Positions 29,095 to 37,813 are shown, numbered from the stretch's first letter. The stretch is DNA of 64,000 nucleotides from Candidatus Bathyarchaeota archaeon (GCA_030608565.1 JAUWDY010000001.1:104238-168237), one strand, 5' to 3'. Notes: a model not told the origin generated them from the letters alone. Numbers and translations: made by a program.

Positions 29095-29535
29095 CTACAC
29101 GATGATGCTTGCGGCGCTTGCTATTCTCGGCCATCGCTCAGCCGCTTCCTTCGCCACTGGGCCTCGGATCTCCGAGCCGCGCATTTCTCCTTCGGGGGTC
29201 ATTATAACAGCTGCGTTGTCTTCGAATTGAACCCAGACTCCGTCGGCACGTCTGTATGGTTTTCTCTGTCGAACTAAGACTGCATGAAATATTTTCTTTC
29301 TCATATCAGGTGTTCCTTTTCTCACTGAGACAACAACCCTATCTCCAACGGCTGCTGCGGGAACACGTCTTAATCGACCATGGTAACCCATTACTTGAAT
29401 TACTCTGAGTTTTCTGGCCCCGCTGTTATCAGTACATTTGACAATAGAACCAGCTAACAAGCCTGTTGAAATTTTTGGTCTCTGACCAATCATTCCTCTG
29501 GCTAGGAAAGCACGCGATTTGGCTCTTGCCGCCAT
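29095..29535 (-). CDS. rpl14: 50S ribosomal protein L14 (uL14)
   Basis: [15 protein letters not shown] and the overall uL14 pattern. Confidence 0.95.
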   Translation of the reverse strand: MAARAKSRAFLARGMIGQRPKISTGLLAGSIVKCTDNSGARKLRVIQVMGYHGRLRRVPAAAVGDRVVVSVRKGTPDMRKKIFHAVLVRQRKPYRRADGVWVQFEDNAAVIMTPEGEMRGSEIRGPVAKEAAERWPRIASAASIIV

Positions 29536-29536
29536 T

Positions 29537-29857
29537 TCATTTTCCCTCCAGCTTTTCGACTACCACAAAGGAAACGGTTTTGCTTATGGAGCGGCATTCA
29601 GCTATCTTCACTAGATTTCCTTCTTTCACGTTTATGCATGGAGGGTTATGGGCAGGAATGTGACTGTGCCTCCGTTCATAACGTCTGAATTTTGGCACGT
29701 AATTTAAGTAGTCACGTCGCACGACAATGGTTTTGTCCATCTTGGCGCTGATGACAACACCTTCCAATGTGTGCCCTCTGATCGAGAGGGTTCCATGAAA
29801 AGGACAGTTTGGGTCGTTGCAGGTTTTTTTTGGTTTTTTTGTGGAACGGGTTGTCAT
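29537..29857 (-). CDS. rps17: 30S ribosomal protein S17 (uS17)
   Basis: [16 protein letters not shown]...KTIVV matches the uS17 pattern. Confidence 0.95.
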   Translation of the reverse strand: MTTRSTKKPKKTCNDPNCPFHGTLSIRGHTLEGVVISAKMDKTIVVRRDYLNYVPKFRRYERRHSHIPAHNPPCINVKEGNLVKIAECRSISKTVSFVVVEKLEGK

Positions 29858-30139
29858 TTACCAACGCCTCCTGATTCGCTTCTTGATTCGATTTTCGGGT
29901 CGTCCAACGATAATCTTTCCATCTATCTCTATAACTGTTCCGTCGGGCATGGTGAAATGAAAGACAGCCATGTTCTTGATAATTATTGTTTTCTTGTTGT
30001 TATGTAGTATTACCAACGTGTTTCGAGTCTCGTTGAGTACTTTGCCTTTTATGCCCACGTAGCTAGAATGTAGGCTTCTTACAACCTCAGCGTTAAGCCC
30101 GATAAACTCGTGTTGAAGTGTGGTGGGTGTGATTTTCAT
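29858..30139 (-). CDS. rnp1: RNase P protein component 1 (Rpp29/Pop4)
   Basis: 93 aa. The motif EFIGLNAEVV...GIKGKVLNETRNTLVI is typical. Sits at the conserved position between L29 and S17. Confidence 0.85.
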   Translation of the reverse strand: MKITPTTLQHEFIGLNAEVVRSLHSSYVGIKGKVLNETRNTLVILHNNKKTIIIKNMAVFHFTMPDGTVIEIDGKIIVGRPENRIKKRIRRRW

Positions 30140-30354
30140 TTTTTCTTCTTCTCCACCTGTATTTCTTCGTTTTCAACTGTGAGAATGCGCGCGATTGTTT
30201 TGCGGAGTTCTCGTATCCGAGAAGGGTTGTCAAGAGAACCTCCTGCTTTGACCATTGTTTTCAATCTGACGAGTTCGGTTCGCAGTTCAATGATCTTTTT
30301 TTTGCGGTCCTCAGAAGACATTGTTCGGATGTCTTTCATCCTTATGATCGGCAT
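30136..30354 (-). CDS. rpl29: 50S ribosomal protein L29 (uL29)
   Basis: 72 aa, uL29 helical pattern (RKKKIIELRTELVRLK). Order conserved. Confidence 0.9.
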   Translation of the reverse strand: MPIIRMKDIRTMSSEDRKKKIIELRTELVRLKTMVKAGGSLDNPSRIRELRKTIARILTVENEEIQVEKKKK

Positions 30355-30355
30355 G

Positions 30356-31006
30356 TTATTCTTCAGCCTCCGCGGTTTCTTTTTCAGTCTTCTTCATCGC
30401 CTCTTCTGTGGGTTTTTCAATAATTTGCACTTGGTCTGGAAACCTTGCGTCTGGGGGCATGATTTGCACTCTGACTCCAAGAATGCCTGGTTTTAATTGA
30501 ACGGGTAATACTGCTTTTCGCATGTATTTTCTTGCAGCGTCTCCGCTTTTAGGTAGGTATCCTGAGCGAAACTTTTCGTATCGAGAGCGGTCTGTTCTTA
30601 GTTTTCCGCTTATAACAATCTCTACGCCTAGTGCTCCTGCTTCCATGATTTGGTTTAATGCCCAGAAGCCTGCTCTTCGAAAGTGTACGCCGCGTTTTAG
30701 GGCTGAGGTGATGCGGGATGCTACGATGCGTGCGTTGAGTTCTGGGATTTCGATTTCGGCTACGGAGATTTGTGGGTTGGGCATTTTGAATTTTTCTTCT
30801 AGTGTTTTTGCGAGGTTCTTTATGGTTTCTCCGCCTCTTCCGATGACTAGTCCGGGGCGCATTGTGTAGATTACTACGTGTGTGCCTAGTGGGGTGTTTG
30901 TGATGTCTACGCCGCCGTATCCTGCTCTTTCGAATTCTTGTTGTAGGAATTCGTCGATTTCTGTTTTTTTTATGGCTTCGGTTATGAAGTGTTTGACTGT
31001 TGACGT
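30356..31006 (-). CDS. rps3: 30S ribosomal protein S3 (uS3); start codon non-canonical (ACG proposed)
   Basis: The track ORF starts at the internal Met (30862). The conserved uS3 N-terminus (TVKHFITEAIKKTEIDEFLQQEFERAGYGGVDITNTPLGTHVVIYT) continues in frame upstream to a TAG at 31033-31031, with no ATG/GTG/TTG. AGGAGG lies 9 nt upstream of the ACG at 31006-31004. Confidence 0.8.
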   Translation of the reverse strand, partial: TSTVKHFITEAIKKTEIDEFLQQEFERAGYGGVDITNTPLGTHVVIYTMRPGLVIGRGGETIKNLAKTLEEKFKMPNPQISVAEIEIPELNARIVASRITSALKRGVHFRRAGFWALNQIMEAGALGVEIVISGKLRTDRSRYEKFRSGYLPKSGDAARKYMRKAVLPVQLKPGILGVRVQIMPPDARFPDQVQIIEKPTEEAMKKTEKETAEAEE

Positions 31007-31007
31007 T

Positions 31008-31481
31008 TTATGCTTCCTCCTTTGTTTGCTCTAGGATTAGTTCGACGTGGCAGAGTGTTTCGAAGTGTGGTGTCATTCGTCCGAAGGCTCTTGGTCTGTA
31101 TCTTTTGATTTTCATTCCTGGGTAGGCTGATGCGTGTATTATTCGTAGGTTTTCTGTGTCTAGTCCTTTGAATTCGGCGTTTGTTTCGGCTTCTTCCAGT
31201 TTTTTCAGGATTTTTTGTGCGGCTTTTTGAGGGTATTTGCCTGCGGCTATTTTTTGTAGTCCGCGTCTGTGTGGTTGTTTCTTTTTGTGTTTGCGGAATG
31301 GTACGGGTTTTTCTATTTTGATGACTTGTTGAAGGTAGGTTTTTGCCTGATCAAGCTTCATTCCTTTTATCGTCGTGCATATTTCTGTTGCGTGTTTTGG
31401 GGATACTCTAATTTCGCGTGCGCTGGCTTTCGCTGTTTTTTCTGGGTCTATGTCCGTTTTTGAGTATCCCCAATGTGGCAT
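31008..31481 (-). CDS. rpl22: 50S ribosomal protein L22 (uL22)
   Basis: 157 aa. KASAREIRVSPKHATEICTTIKGM matches the uL22 pattern. Confidence 0.95.
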   Translation of the reverse strand: MPHWGYSKTDIDPEKTAKASAREIRVSPKHATEICTTIKGMKLDQAKTYLQQVIKIEKPVPFRKHKKKQPHRRGLQKIAAGKYPQKAAQKILKKLEEAETNAEFKGLDTENLRIIHASAYPGMKIKRYRPRAFGRMTPHFETLCHVELILEQTKEEA

Positions 31482-31535
31482 TTTGTCTGTCTTTCCTTCT
31501 TTTTGTTAATGTGCTGAATCAACTGGGGTTGCGTT

Positions 31536-31557
31536 GTTTATATGCTTTATTATTTCC
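31536..31557 (-). promoter_or_regulatory. promoter-like AT-rich boxes upstream of L22 (GGAAATAATAAAGCATATAAAC on minus strand)
   Basis: Lies about 55-75 nt upstream of the L22 ATG. Shares the GAAATAA element with the regions upstream of S13, rpoD and rpoN. Confidence 0.4.
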
Positions 31558-31602
31558 GTGGTGTTTTTGAAGAGTGGCTTTTTGTTATGTTATTTGCGCG
31601 TG

Positions 31603-31719
31603 TCTCTCTCTTATTAGACCCCCTACCTAGGGGGGGGTCATGGCTTGTGTCAGGGTTACTTTTAGGTTGTGTTTTGTTTCTAAGTCTAGTGAAAACTCTG
31701 TTTACGCTTTGATTGTGTG
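31603..31719 (+). repeat. 117-bp repeat, copy B (inverted relative to copy A at 23271..23387)
   Basis: TCTCTCTCTTATTAGA-C5-TACCTA-G8-TCATGGCTTGTGTCAGGGTTACTTTTAGGTTGTGTTTTGTTTCTAAGTCTAGTGAAAACTCTGTTTACGCTTTGATTGTGTG, aligned by hand to the reverse complement of copy A. Confidence 0.85.
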
Positions 31720-31900
31720 AGAACTGAATGTTGTTTGTTGTTGATGCTATGAGCGTTATGAATGTGTTAGAACGTCGGATGACGCGGTGAAGAGCTTCAG
31801 TTGTCTGTTCTGTCTACGAAATACTTATTTGTATTAGTTTTGTGTGTGTGCTTATTCTAGACCTGGTCTCTGAGAGCTCTAGATACGCCAACGACAAATA

Positions 31901-31972
31901 CTGAGGTTGGGTTTGAACCCACACAATTCCGATGACAGGGAATTAGATCAGTTAAGTGACAGTTTTCTAACC
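31901..31972 (-). other. degenerate tRNA-Asp-like remnant / hairpin cluster
   Basis: The minus strand has AATTCC-CTGTCATC-GGAATT (a GTC anticodon in an 8-nt loop) and TGGG-TTCAAA-CCCA (6-nt loop). There is a second CTGTCAC and no acceptor pairing. Confidence 0.25.
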
Positions 31973-32002
31973 AAAAACAAACACATGGTTGTAACTGTAG
32001 GC

Positions 32003-32710
32003 TCATCGTACGGGCACCCAAACCTTCGAAACGTTCTTTCCACGTATAACAAAAGAGAGATAGTTGGCAAGCCATATGCCGACAACCCTGAAAAGTCCAA
32101 GTTTTCGAAACCGCCTTAACGACTCGTACACGGTTAGGTCCTTAATAAACACGAATCTTCCTCTTTTTGAGAGTCGAAACGCAAGTTCATGGTCCTCAGT
32201 GCACGGTAGACTTTCGTCAAATCCGTTGACTTTGAAAAACTCGCTTCTTCTGGCTACAAAAAATTCTCCACGGCAGTGAGGTTTGAACCTAGCCAAGATT
32301 CGGGTAAGAGAGTTATGAAGGTGAAAGAAAACTTTTTCATGAAATCTTGGTTTTACGGGCATAATGGAACATGTGGCACCTACAACCGTAGAGTCACTAA
32401 ACGTTTCCAGCACCTTTTCCACGAAATCAGCGGTGGTAATCACGTCTGCATCAAGGAAAACAAGAACGTCTCCGCATGCTCGTTTGGCCCCATAATTTCT
32501 TGCCCTAGCTATCCCTCGTTCTCGCAGTACGTACACCTTATTCGTGAAGCGTCTTGCAACTTCAACGGTTTTATCTTCGCTTCCTCCGTCAACCACTATG
32601 ATCTCGATGAGATGATCTATGTTAACCAGCCTAGACAATGTTGTGGCTATGTATTTTCCCTCTTGAAAAGCGGGAATGACCACCGAGACAGTTCGAACTT
32701 TTGTTTTCAC
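32003..32710 (-). CDS. glycosyltransferase family 2
   Basis: VSVVIPAFQE..., DGGSEDKT and the DxD motif (FLDADV). Confidence 0.85.
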   Translation of the reverse strand: MKTKVRTVSVVIPAFQEGKYIATTLSRLVNIDHLIEIIVVDGGSEDKTVEVARRFTNKVYVLRERGIARARNYGAKRACGDVLVFLDADVITTADFVEKVLETFSDSTVVGATCSIMPVKPRFHEKVFFHLHNSLTRILARFKPHCRGEFFVARRSEFFKVNGFDESLPCTEDHELAFRLSKRGRFVFIKDLTVYESLRRFRKLGLFRVVGIWLANYLSFVIRGKNVSKVWVPVR

Positions 32711-32795
32711 AAGTCTCCCTGCGCAATTTTTTCTTTGAATGTTGATAACATTAACCTACCGAGTATCTTGTTTCACATATTCTTTTTGCGTTCCA

Positions 32796-33536
32796 TTATC
32801 GTATGGGCGTCCATTCATGCGATGTCACACCATAGACTAGAAATATTAGATAATTTTTGATCCATGCCCGGAATAGCTTGAATAATCCTACTTGCCTTTG
32901 GCGTCTCATCGATTCATGGACGGACAAGTTGTTGATGAAAACGAATTTTCCGCGTTTAGATAATTGGTATATTAAATCGGAATCTTCTGATGTTGTTGTG
33001 GCTTCATTGAACCCGCCGATTTTTTTGAATATTTCTTTTCTCACGGCAATGAACGCTCCGCTTGGATAGAACTTAAATCTTGTCGGTGGCAAAACGTTCA
33101 TGGAAAATCGGATACACGTGTTCAAAATTTTGAAAAAAATTGATTCAGATAATTTAGGGTTTAGAGGCATATTGTTACAGGTTGCACCGACGACATTGGG
33201 GCAAGCAAAAATATTGTTGATTGCCTTTATGAGGTATGGTGGAACGATAACGCTTGCATCAATAAACAGTATGATATCTCCTCCAGTGTGAGCTGCACCA
33301 TAATTTCTAGCCTTGGACACCCCTTTTTCCTTTAAAACGTATACCTTATCCACATAACGTTTAGCGGTTTCAACAGTTTTATCAGTGCTTTCTCCATCCA
33401 CCATTATGATTTCCATGTTTGGATCGGCTCTGAGCAAACTGGCTAACGTCGCACCAATGAATTTCTCCTCTTGGAAGGTGGGGATAACCACAGAAATCAT
33501 CTTCTTTCCTCTTATGTGGATCTTGAGGGTTCTCAT
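32796..33536 (-). CDS. glycosyltransferase family 2 (tandem paralog)
   Basis: ISVVIPTFQE..., DGESTDKT and FIDASV. Clearly alignable to 32003..32710 along its length. Confidence 0.85.
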   Translation of the reverse strand: MRTLKIHIRGKKMISVVIPTFQEEKFIGATLASLLRADPNMEIIMVDGESTDKTVETAKRYVDKVYVLKEKGVSKARNYGAAHTGGDIILFIDASVIVPPYLIKAINNIFACPNVVGATCNNMPLNPKLSESIFFKILNTCIRFSMNVLPPTRFKFYPSGAFIAVRKEIFKKIGGFNEATTTSEDSDLIYQLSKRGKFVFINNLSVHESMRRQRQVGLFKLFRAWIKNYLIFLVYGVTSHEWTPIR

Positions 33537-33692
33537 TTGTCCCCCTTTTCTTCTACTTTCGAACCAAGCAATATCAATTTTTTGTTATGTTTCGTCAAAC
33601 GAATTTTAGAACAAAGACAATAGCATTCTTAAAAGGTTTAAATGATAAGAACAAGCCATTTGTGATACGTTCAAATTTGCCTTCGCAGGGGT

Positions 33693-34970
33693 GTGAGAAT
33701 GCGTAAATCAGCCTTTGTTGCATTGGCCGTAGCAATTTGTCTATGCACTGGGATTTTTGTTCCCATTCGTGAAGTAAACACTACAAGTGTTCCCAGCAAA
33801 GTGCGACTGTTTGACCCACGAACATTGTATATTCACGGATACTTAGTTTACAAATACAATTGTCCAACGCCTGCTTCAATTCCGATTCCAGTTTTTGTAG
33901 AGGTTTGGACGAACAACTTTTGGTCAGACGTAAGGATTTTGCAAACTACGTCAAGTTCTGGTGGGCGGACGTTAGGAGTCGGTTACGTAAAACACAATGT
34001 TACTAGTGGAAAATACGATTTGACAGAAAGGGAAGATTACAATTCAATTTATGGTGCGCAGTTTAATTCCACCGATGTTAAGCCGTATCAGGAAATCAGA
34101 ACGGACGTTTGGATCAAGCTTTCCATATCAAAAGTTGATATGACGGATATATTGAATGAGACTGTGGGGGATATTTTTGAGGCAAGTAGTCAACTTGGTG
34201 CTGACTATGGAACGTATGTAAACAAAACATACTACTGGGATTACGGCAACGCAAGTGTTCAAGACGTGATTCAAGAGATTAACCAAACAGCTGGTGGACC
34301 CAACGTGTATGACATAGTCTACGCGACAATAGACTGGTTTTCCACTCATATGGTCTACAGGGAGCACGAGGATTACCCTGATCAGAGGTTGAAAGCCAGC
34401 CGGATACTGAACGAAACCATTGAGGTTACGGGTGATGGAGAAAAGCGATATGGCGTCTGTAGACATTTTGCCGAGGTTTTTGTTGCGATTATGCGGGGAT
34501 TTGGGATTCCTTGTAACCTTTTTAATGGGTTGGTTTTTTCCGACATGGGTGGAACTGTTGGTGTTATCTTTGGTGGCGGTCACGCGTGGTGTGAGGTGTA
34601 CATGCCCAATGTAGGATGGGTTCCGTTAGAGGTTACGATTTCTGACAGATATATTCGGGACATCGTTCGGGTCGGTCTCATTTCTCCATACTATTATCTT
34701 CCCATATACAAGGAATTTACAAACTCAGAGCCCGAGGAGACGGAAGAACAGGGAGAACCCAAAGAACCCTATGAATATCTTATCGCTGCCTACTGGGGCT
34801 GGGGGGTGGGCGAGGTTCCTATACTAACGCTTGAAGGCTTAATTCACACCGTAGTTTCGATGCCTATTATCAATTGGATTCTGCTGGTGGCAGTCATAGT
34901 CTTAATAGTCAACAGCATCATGGTGAGAAGGAAAATCAAAGCGTTAACTGAACGTACTCTCCTCGTCTAA
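33693..34970 (+). CDS. transglutaminase-like cysteine protease-fold protein, secreted and C-terminally anchored
   Basis: Signal/TM at the N-terminus. Catalytic-type motifs GVCRHFAEVF and GGHAWCEVY. C-terminal TM segment. Confidence 0.8.
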   Translation: MRMRKSAFVALAVAICLCTGIFVPIREVNTTSVPSKVRLFDPRTLYIHGYLVYKYNCPTPASIPIPVFVEVWTNNFWSDVRILQTTSSSGGRTLGVGYVKHNVTSGKYDLTEREDYNSIYGAQFNSTDVKPYQEIRTDVWIKLSISKVDMTDILNETVGDIFEASSQLGADYGTYVNKTYYWDYGNASVQDVIQEINQTAGGPNVYDIVYATIDWFSTHMVYREHEDYPDQRLKASRILNETIEVTGDGEKRYGVCRHFAEVFVAIMRGFGIPCNLFNGLVFSDMGGTVGVIFGGGHAWCEVYMPNVGWVPLEVTISDRYIRDIVRVGLISPYYYLPIYKEFTNSEPEETEEQGEPKEPYEYLIAAYWGWGVGEVPILTLEGLIHTVVSMPIINWILLVAVIVLIVNSIMVRRKIKALTERTLLV

Positions 34971-35729
34971 ACTCAGTAACACAATACTTTTGGCTTTGTA
35001 TACTGGAACAACTGGATAAGCATTAAGCTGACAGCAAAACTTCACATCTTCTTCATGCCCTATGTCTTTAAGATATCGTGCGTGGCTTCCACGTTGAATA
35101 ATCTTAGTTAACTGTCTACACGATTGTTGAAAAGTTAATGACGCCGCTAAAACAGCATCTGAACATTCAATTTTGTCGGCTGGTATGTTCTCCACGATTG
35201 CCCCTGCACACATGAAGTCTTCTAGCGAAAACCGTCCACGCGCCCCTGAAAGCACAAAAGAAATCCCAACCGTTTCTTTTTCAGCAATTTCAAAAGCGGT
35301 CTTGGCAACAGCCTCAGCATTAAAGAAGGCTCCGATCAGCACCCACCTTGCATTTTTGGATAAGCAGATAGCCTTTGTCCCACTTGTAGTGGTCAAAACT
35401 ACATGCTTTTCTTTCACAATGTTAGAAGAAAATTCGAGCGGCGAGTTTCCTAAATCGAATCCTTTGGGCTTTATTGCTTTTCTTTCGCCAGCTAGCAAAA
35501 ACTCGGGATGTTTCTTATGAAGTGCTTGGGCTTCTTTGATGGTTTTTGTTGGAATCACCTCTTTAGCGCCGTTCGCTAACGCCGTGACAATGGTGGAGCA
35601 GCACCTCAAAACGTCAATGACAACAAGCACGTCTCCTCTGCTTACTGCTTTCACAGCATCCTTTGCACTCAGTTCTAGGCTTACTGGCACTTTTTCTTGA
35701 GTCAGGGTTTGCGTTTTTGTCTTCTTCAT
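34944..35729 (-). CDS. 2-phosphosulfolactate phosphatase (ComB) family protein
   Basis: VVIDVLRCCSTIVTALANGA is typical of the ComB family. 261 aa. Confidence 0.7.
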   Translation of the reverse strand: MKKTKTQTLTQEKVPVSLELSAKDAVKAVSRGDVLVVIDVLRCCSTIVTALANGAKEVIPTKTIKEAQALHKKHPEFLLAGERKAIKPKGFDLGNSPLEFSSNIVKEKHVVLTTTSGTKAICLSKNARWVLIGAFFNAEAVAKTAFEIAEKETVGISFVLSGARGRFSLEDFMCAGAIVENIPADKIECSDAVLAASLTFQQSCRQLTKIIQRGSHARYLKDIGHEEDVKFCCQLNAYPVVPVYKAKSIVLLSLDEESTFS

Positions 35730-36751
35730 CTATAATGCTTTCCCAGGATTCCCCAGATTTCTTCTTTTATAGGCTTAGAAAGGCTAAGCGTTGTTCCGTC
35801 TCTTCGAAAAATACAGGATTTATCTTTCTTGTCTCTCACTTTTCCAATGATGGACGCTTGAATACCTTTTTTCTGAAGAGCGACCACTATTTCTTTAGCC
35901 TTGTCTGGGTGCGCAGAAATTATCAGTGATCCGGAGCCGATGGTTTTAAGGGGATCTATGTTTAGGGTTCTGCAAATCGCCTCCGTCTCTCTGTAGACGG
36001 GTATTTTCTCCTCGTAGGCTTGGACGCTTACATCGGAGGCCCATGCGATTTCCTGTAGTCCTCCTGCAACTCCTCCCTCTGTAGCGTCATGCATCGCGTG
36101 AACTCCTCCAGCTTTGACTGCAGTTAAGGCGTCTTTTACCACGCTGATCTTTTTGATGAATTTTTGGGCGTTCTCAACAATTCCTGAGTTGATCTTTATT
36201 TGGAGCGATTCAGCTAATTCGCTTGATAGGATGGCTGTTCCTTCGATGGCTGCGCCCTTAGTTATAATCACATGGTCGCCGACTTTTGCTCCGCTTGATT
36301 GCACAAGCTTTCCCTTTTCTGTTTCGCCCATGGCGGTTGCAACTATGATTGGTCTTTTGATGCCAGGCGTGACTTCGCTGTGTCCGCCTACAATAGCGAT
36401 GCCTAACTCCTTTGCTGCAGTGTCAATTTGCTGAGTTATATGCTTCAGCTTTGCAGTGTCCATGTTGTTTGGCAGAAGAAGCACAATGAGCATCCAAAGT
36501 GGTTTAACTCCGCGAGTTGCGATGTCGTTGACGACAATGTTGACAGCCAACCAGCCGATGTTTTCCACAGCGCCAGTTATCGGGTCAGAGTGAACAACAA
36601 GAACCTTGTCCTTAAAATCAATCACCGAAGCGTCTTCTCCAATACTTGGACCAAGAATCACACGAGAGTTAGCCGCTCCTAAACAGCTGAAAACAAGTTG
36701 CTTCAGCATGTCTGGTTCAAGCTTTCCAACCGACAGTAATTGCTTAGTCAT
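35726..36751 (-). CDS. AIR synthase-related (PurM/ThiL/HypE superfamily) protein
   Basis: IGEDASVIDF, VVHSDPITG and VNDIATRG motifs. 341 aa. Confidence 0.7.
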   Translation of the reverse strand: MTKQLLSVGKLEPDMLKQLVFSCLGAANSRVILGPSIGEDASVIDFKDKVLVVHSDPITGAVENIGWLAVNIVVNDIATRGVKPLWMLIVLLLPNNMDTAKLKHITQQIDTAAKELGIAIVGGHSEVTPGIKRPIIVATAMGETEKGKLVQSSGAKVGDHVIITKGAAIEGTAILSSELAESLQIKINSGIVENAQKFIKKISVVKDALTAVKAGGVHAMHDATEGGVAGGLQEIAWASDVSVQAYEEKIPVYRETEAICRTLNIDPLKTIGSGSLIISAHPDKAKEIVVALQKKGIQASIIGKVRDKKDKSCIFRRDGTTLSLSKPIKEEIWGILGKHYR

Positions 36752-36821
36752 ATTTAACCTCCAATGTTAATGTTAACCATTGCTTTTGTAACTTAAAAAT
36801 TGAACATCTTAAGATAGCCTT

Positions 36822-37583
36822 TTAACCTTTGAGGGACGGTAAGGAACGCCATATTGCCCTCACTATTGGCAGAGCCACTATGAGACCAATTGTCATTTGA
36901 CCGATGTTCACTGGAATCTCAGCTGTTGCCAGAACATAATAGCCAAACAACGGACCGAGAAGAAACTGTTGATAAATGAAATAACCTATTACCATCACTG
37001 AACCCCCTATAAGTGTCGTGAGAATCAACCAACCAAATTCCGGTTCAAAAACAAGACCCATTAAACTGATTAACACTATTACTAAAACCCCTAGAGAGAA
37101 CCAAAATTCTGGTGGAATAAACAAAATTGCGGTGGGGTTTTCAGGTGGAGGGATGCCGAGAGAAAGTTCTACCGTGCCGCTATAATAAAGGGAACCGATT
37201 CCTCCCAATAAAACTCCTGCTATCAAACCAACAATGAATGTAAAGGCTTTCCACTGGAGTTTAGATCTAAACTTAATTCTTTTGCGACTGAGGATGCCAA
37301 CGATGCTCCCTTCGCATGCCTTTATGATAAGAGTTGCTGGCGCGTAATGTGGGTAGCCTAAAAGAATATCTGCGGACATAGAACCGACTCCTCCCGCGAA
37401 AGCACCGATAAATGGACCGAAAAGAAGGGCCGTAATGAACACCATGGTTTCGCCGATATTAAAGAAGCCTTTTGTGATCGGTACATAGATGGAGAAGACC
37501 ATAGTGGCTACACATACAAGCGATGTGAAAATGGCTGTGATAGCTAATCGGATTGGTCTTGACGCAAAGGTTCTTTGAGACAT
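36822..37583 (-). CDS. ECF-transporter S-component-like membrane protein
   Basis: Multi-TM. LLFGPFIGAFAGGVGSMSADILLG is typical of ECF S components. Substrate unknown. Confidence 0.55.
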   Translation of the reverse strand: MSQRTFASRPIRLAITAIFTSLVCVATMVFSIYVPITKGFFNIGETMVFITALLFGPFIGAFAGGVGSMSADILLGYPHYAPATLIIKACEGSIVGILSRKRIKFRSKLQWKAFTFIVGLIAGVLLGGIGSLYYSGTVELSLGIPPPENPTAILFIPPEFWFSLGVLVIVLISLMGLVFEPEFGWLILTTLIGGSVMVIGYFIYQQFLLGPLFGYYVLATAEIPVNIGQMTIGLIVALPIVRAIWRSLPSLKG

Positions 37584-37721
37584 ATGAATCAGCTATAGTA
37601 TAGTTGTAACTAGAATAAAAAATCCCGAAATTTATAAGTTGCGGTTGATAAAAAAGTTATTTGAAAACCTTTGATATTGAGAAACGTTGTAGAGCATAAG
37701 GAGTTGGATTCTTGCTAAGGC

Positions 37722-37731
37722 CATGCATGCA
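37722..37731. promoter_or_regulatory. ATGCATGCAT-type motif, copy 3 (CATGCATGCA)
   Basis: Read directly. Intergenic, upstream of 36822..37583. Confidence 0.4.
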
Positions 37732-37753
37732 CCATCTGGTATATACACTTAAA

Positions 37754-37764
37754 GCATGTATGCA
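37754..37764. promoter_or_regulatory. ATGCATGCAT-type motif, degenerate copy (GCATGTATGCA)
   Basis: Read directly. One mismatch to the core. Confidence 0.3.
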
Positions 37765-37813
37765 AAGAAAAATCAGAGTTTATTATGAAAACCAATGTTG
37801 ACTGATAAATTGT

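Noticed and set aside
32276-32860. 194-aa ORF antisense to the GT2 genes.
   Set aside because: It overlaps two well-supported GT2 genes on the other strand and has no family features.
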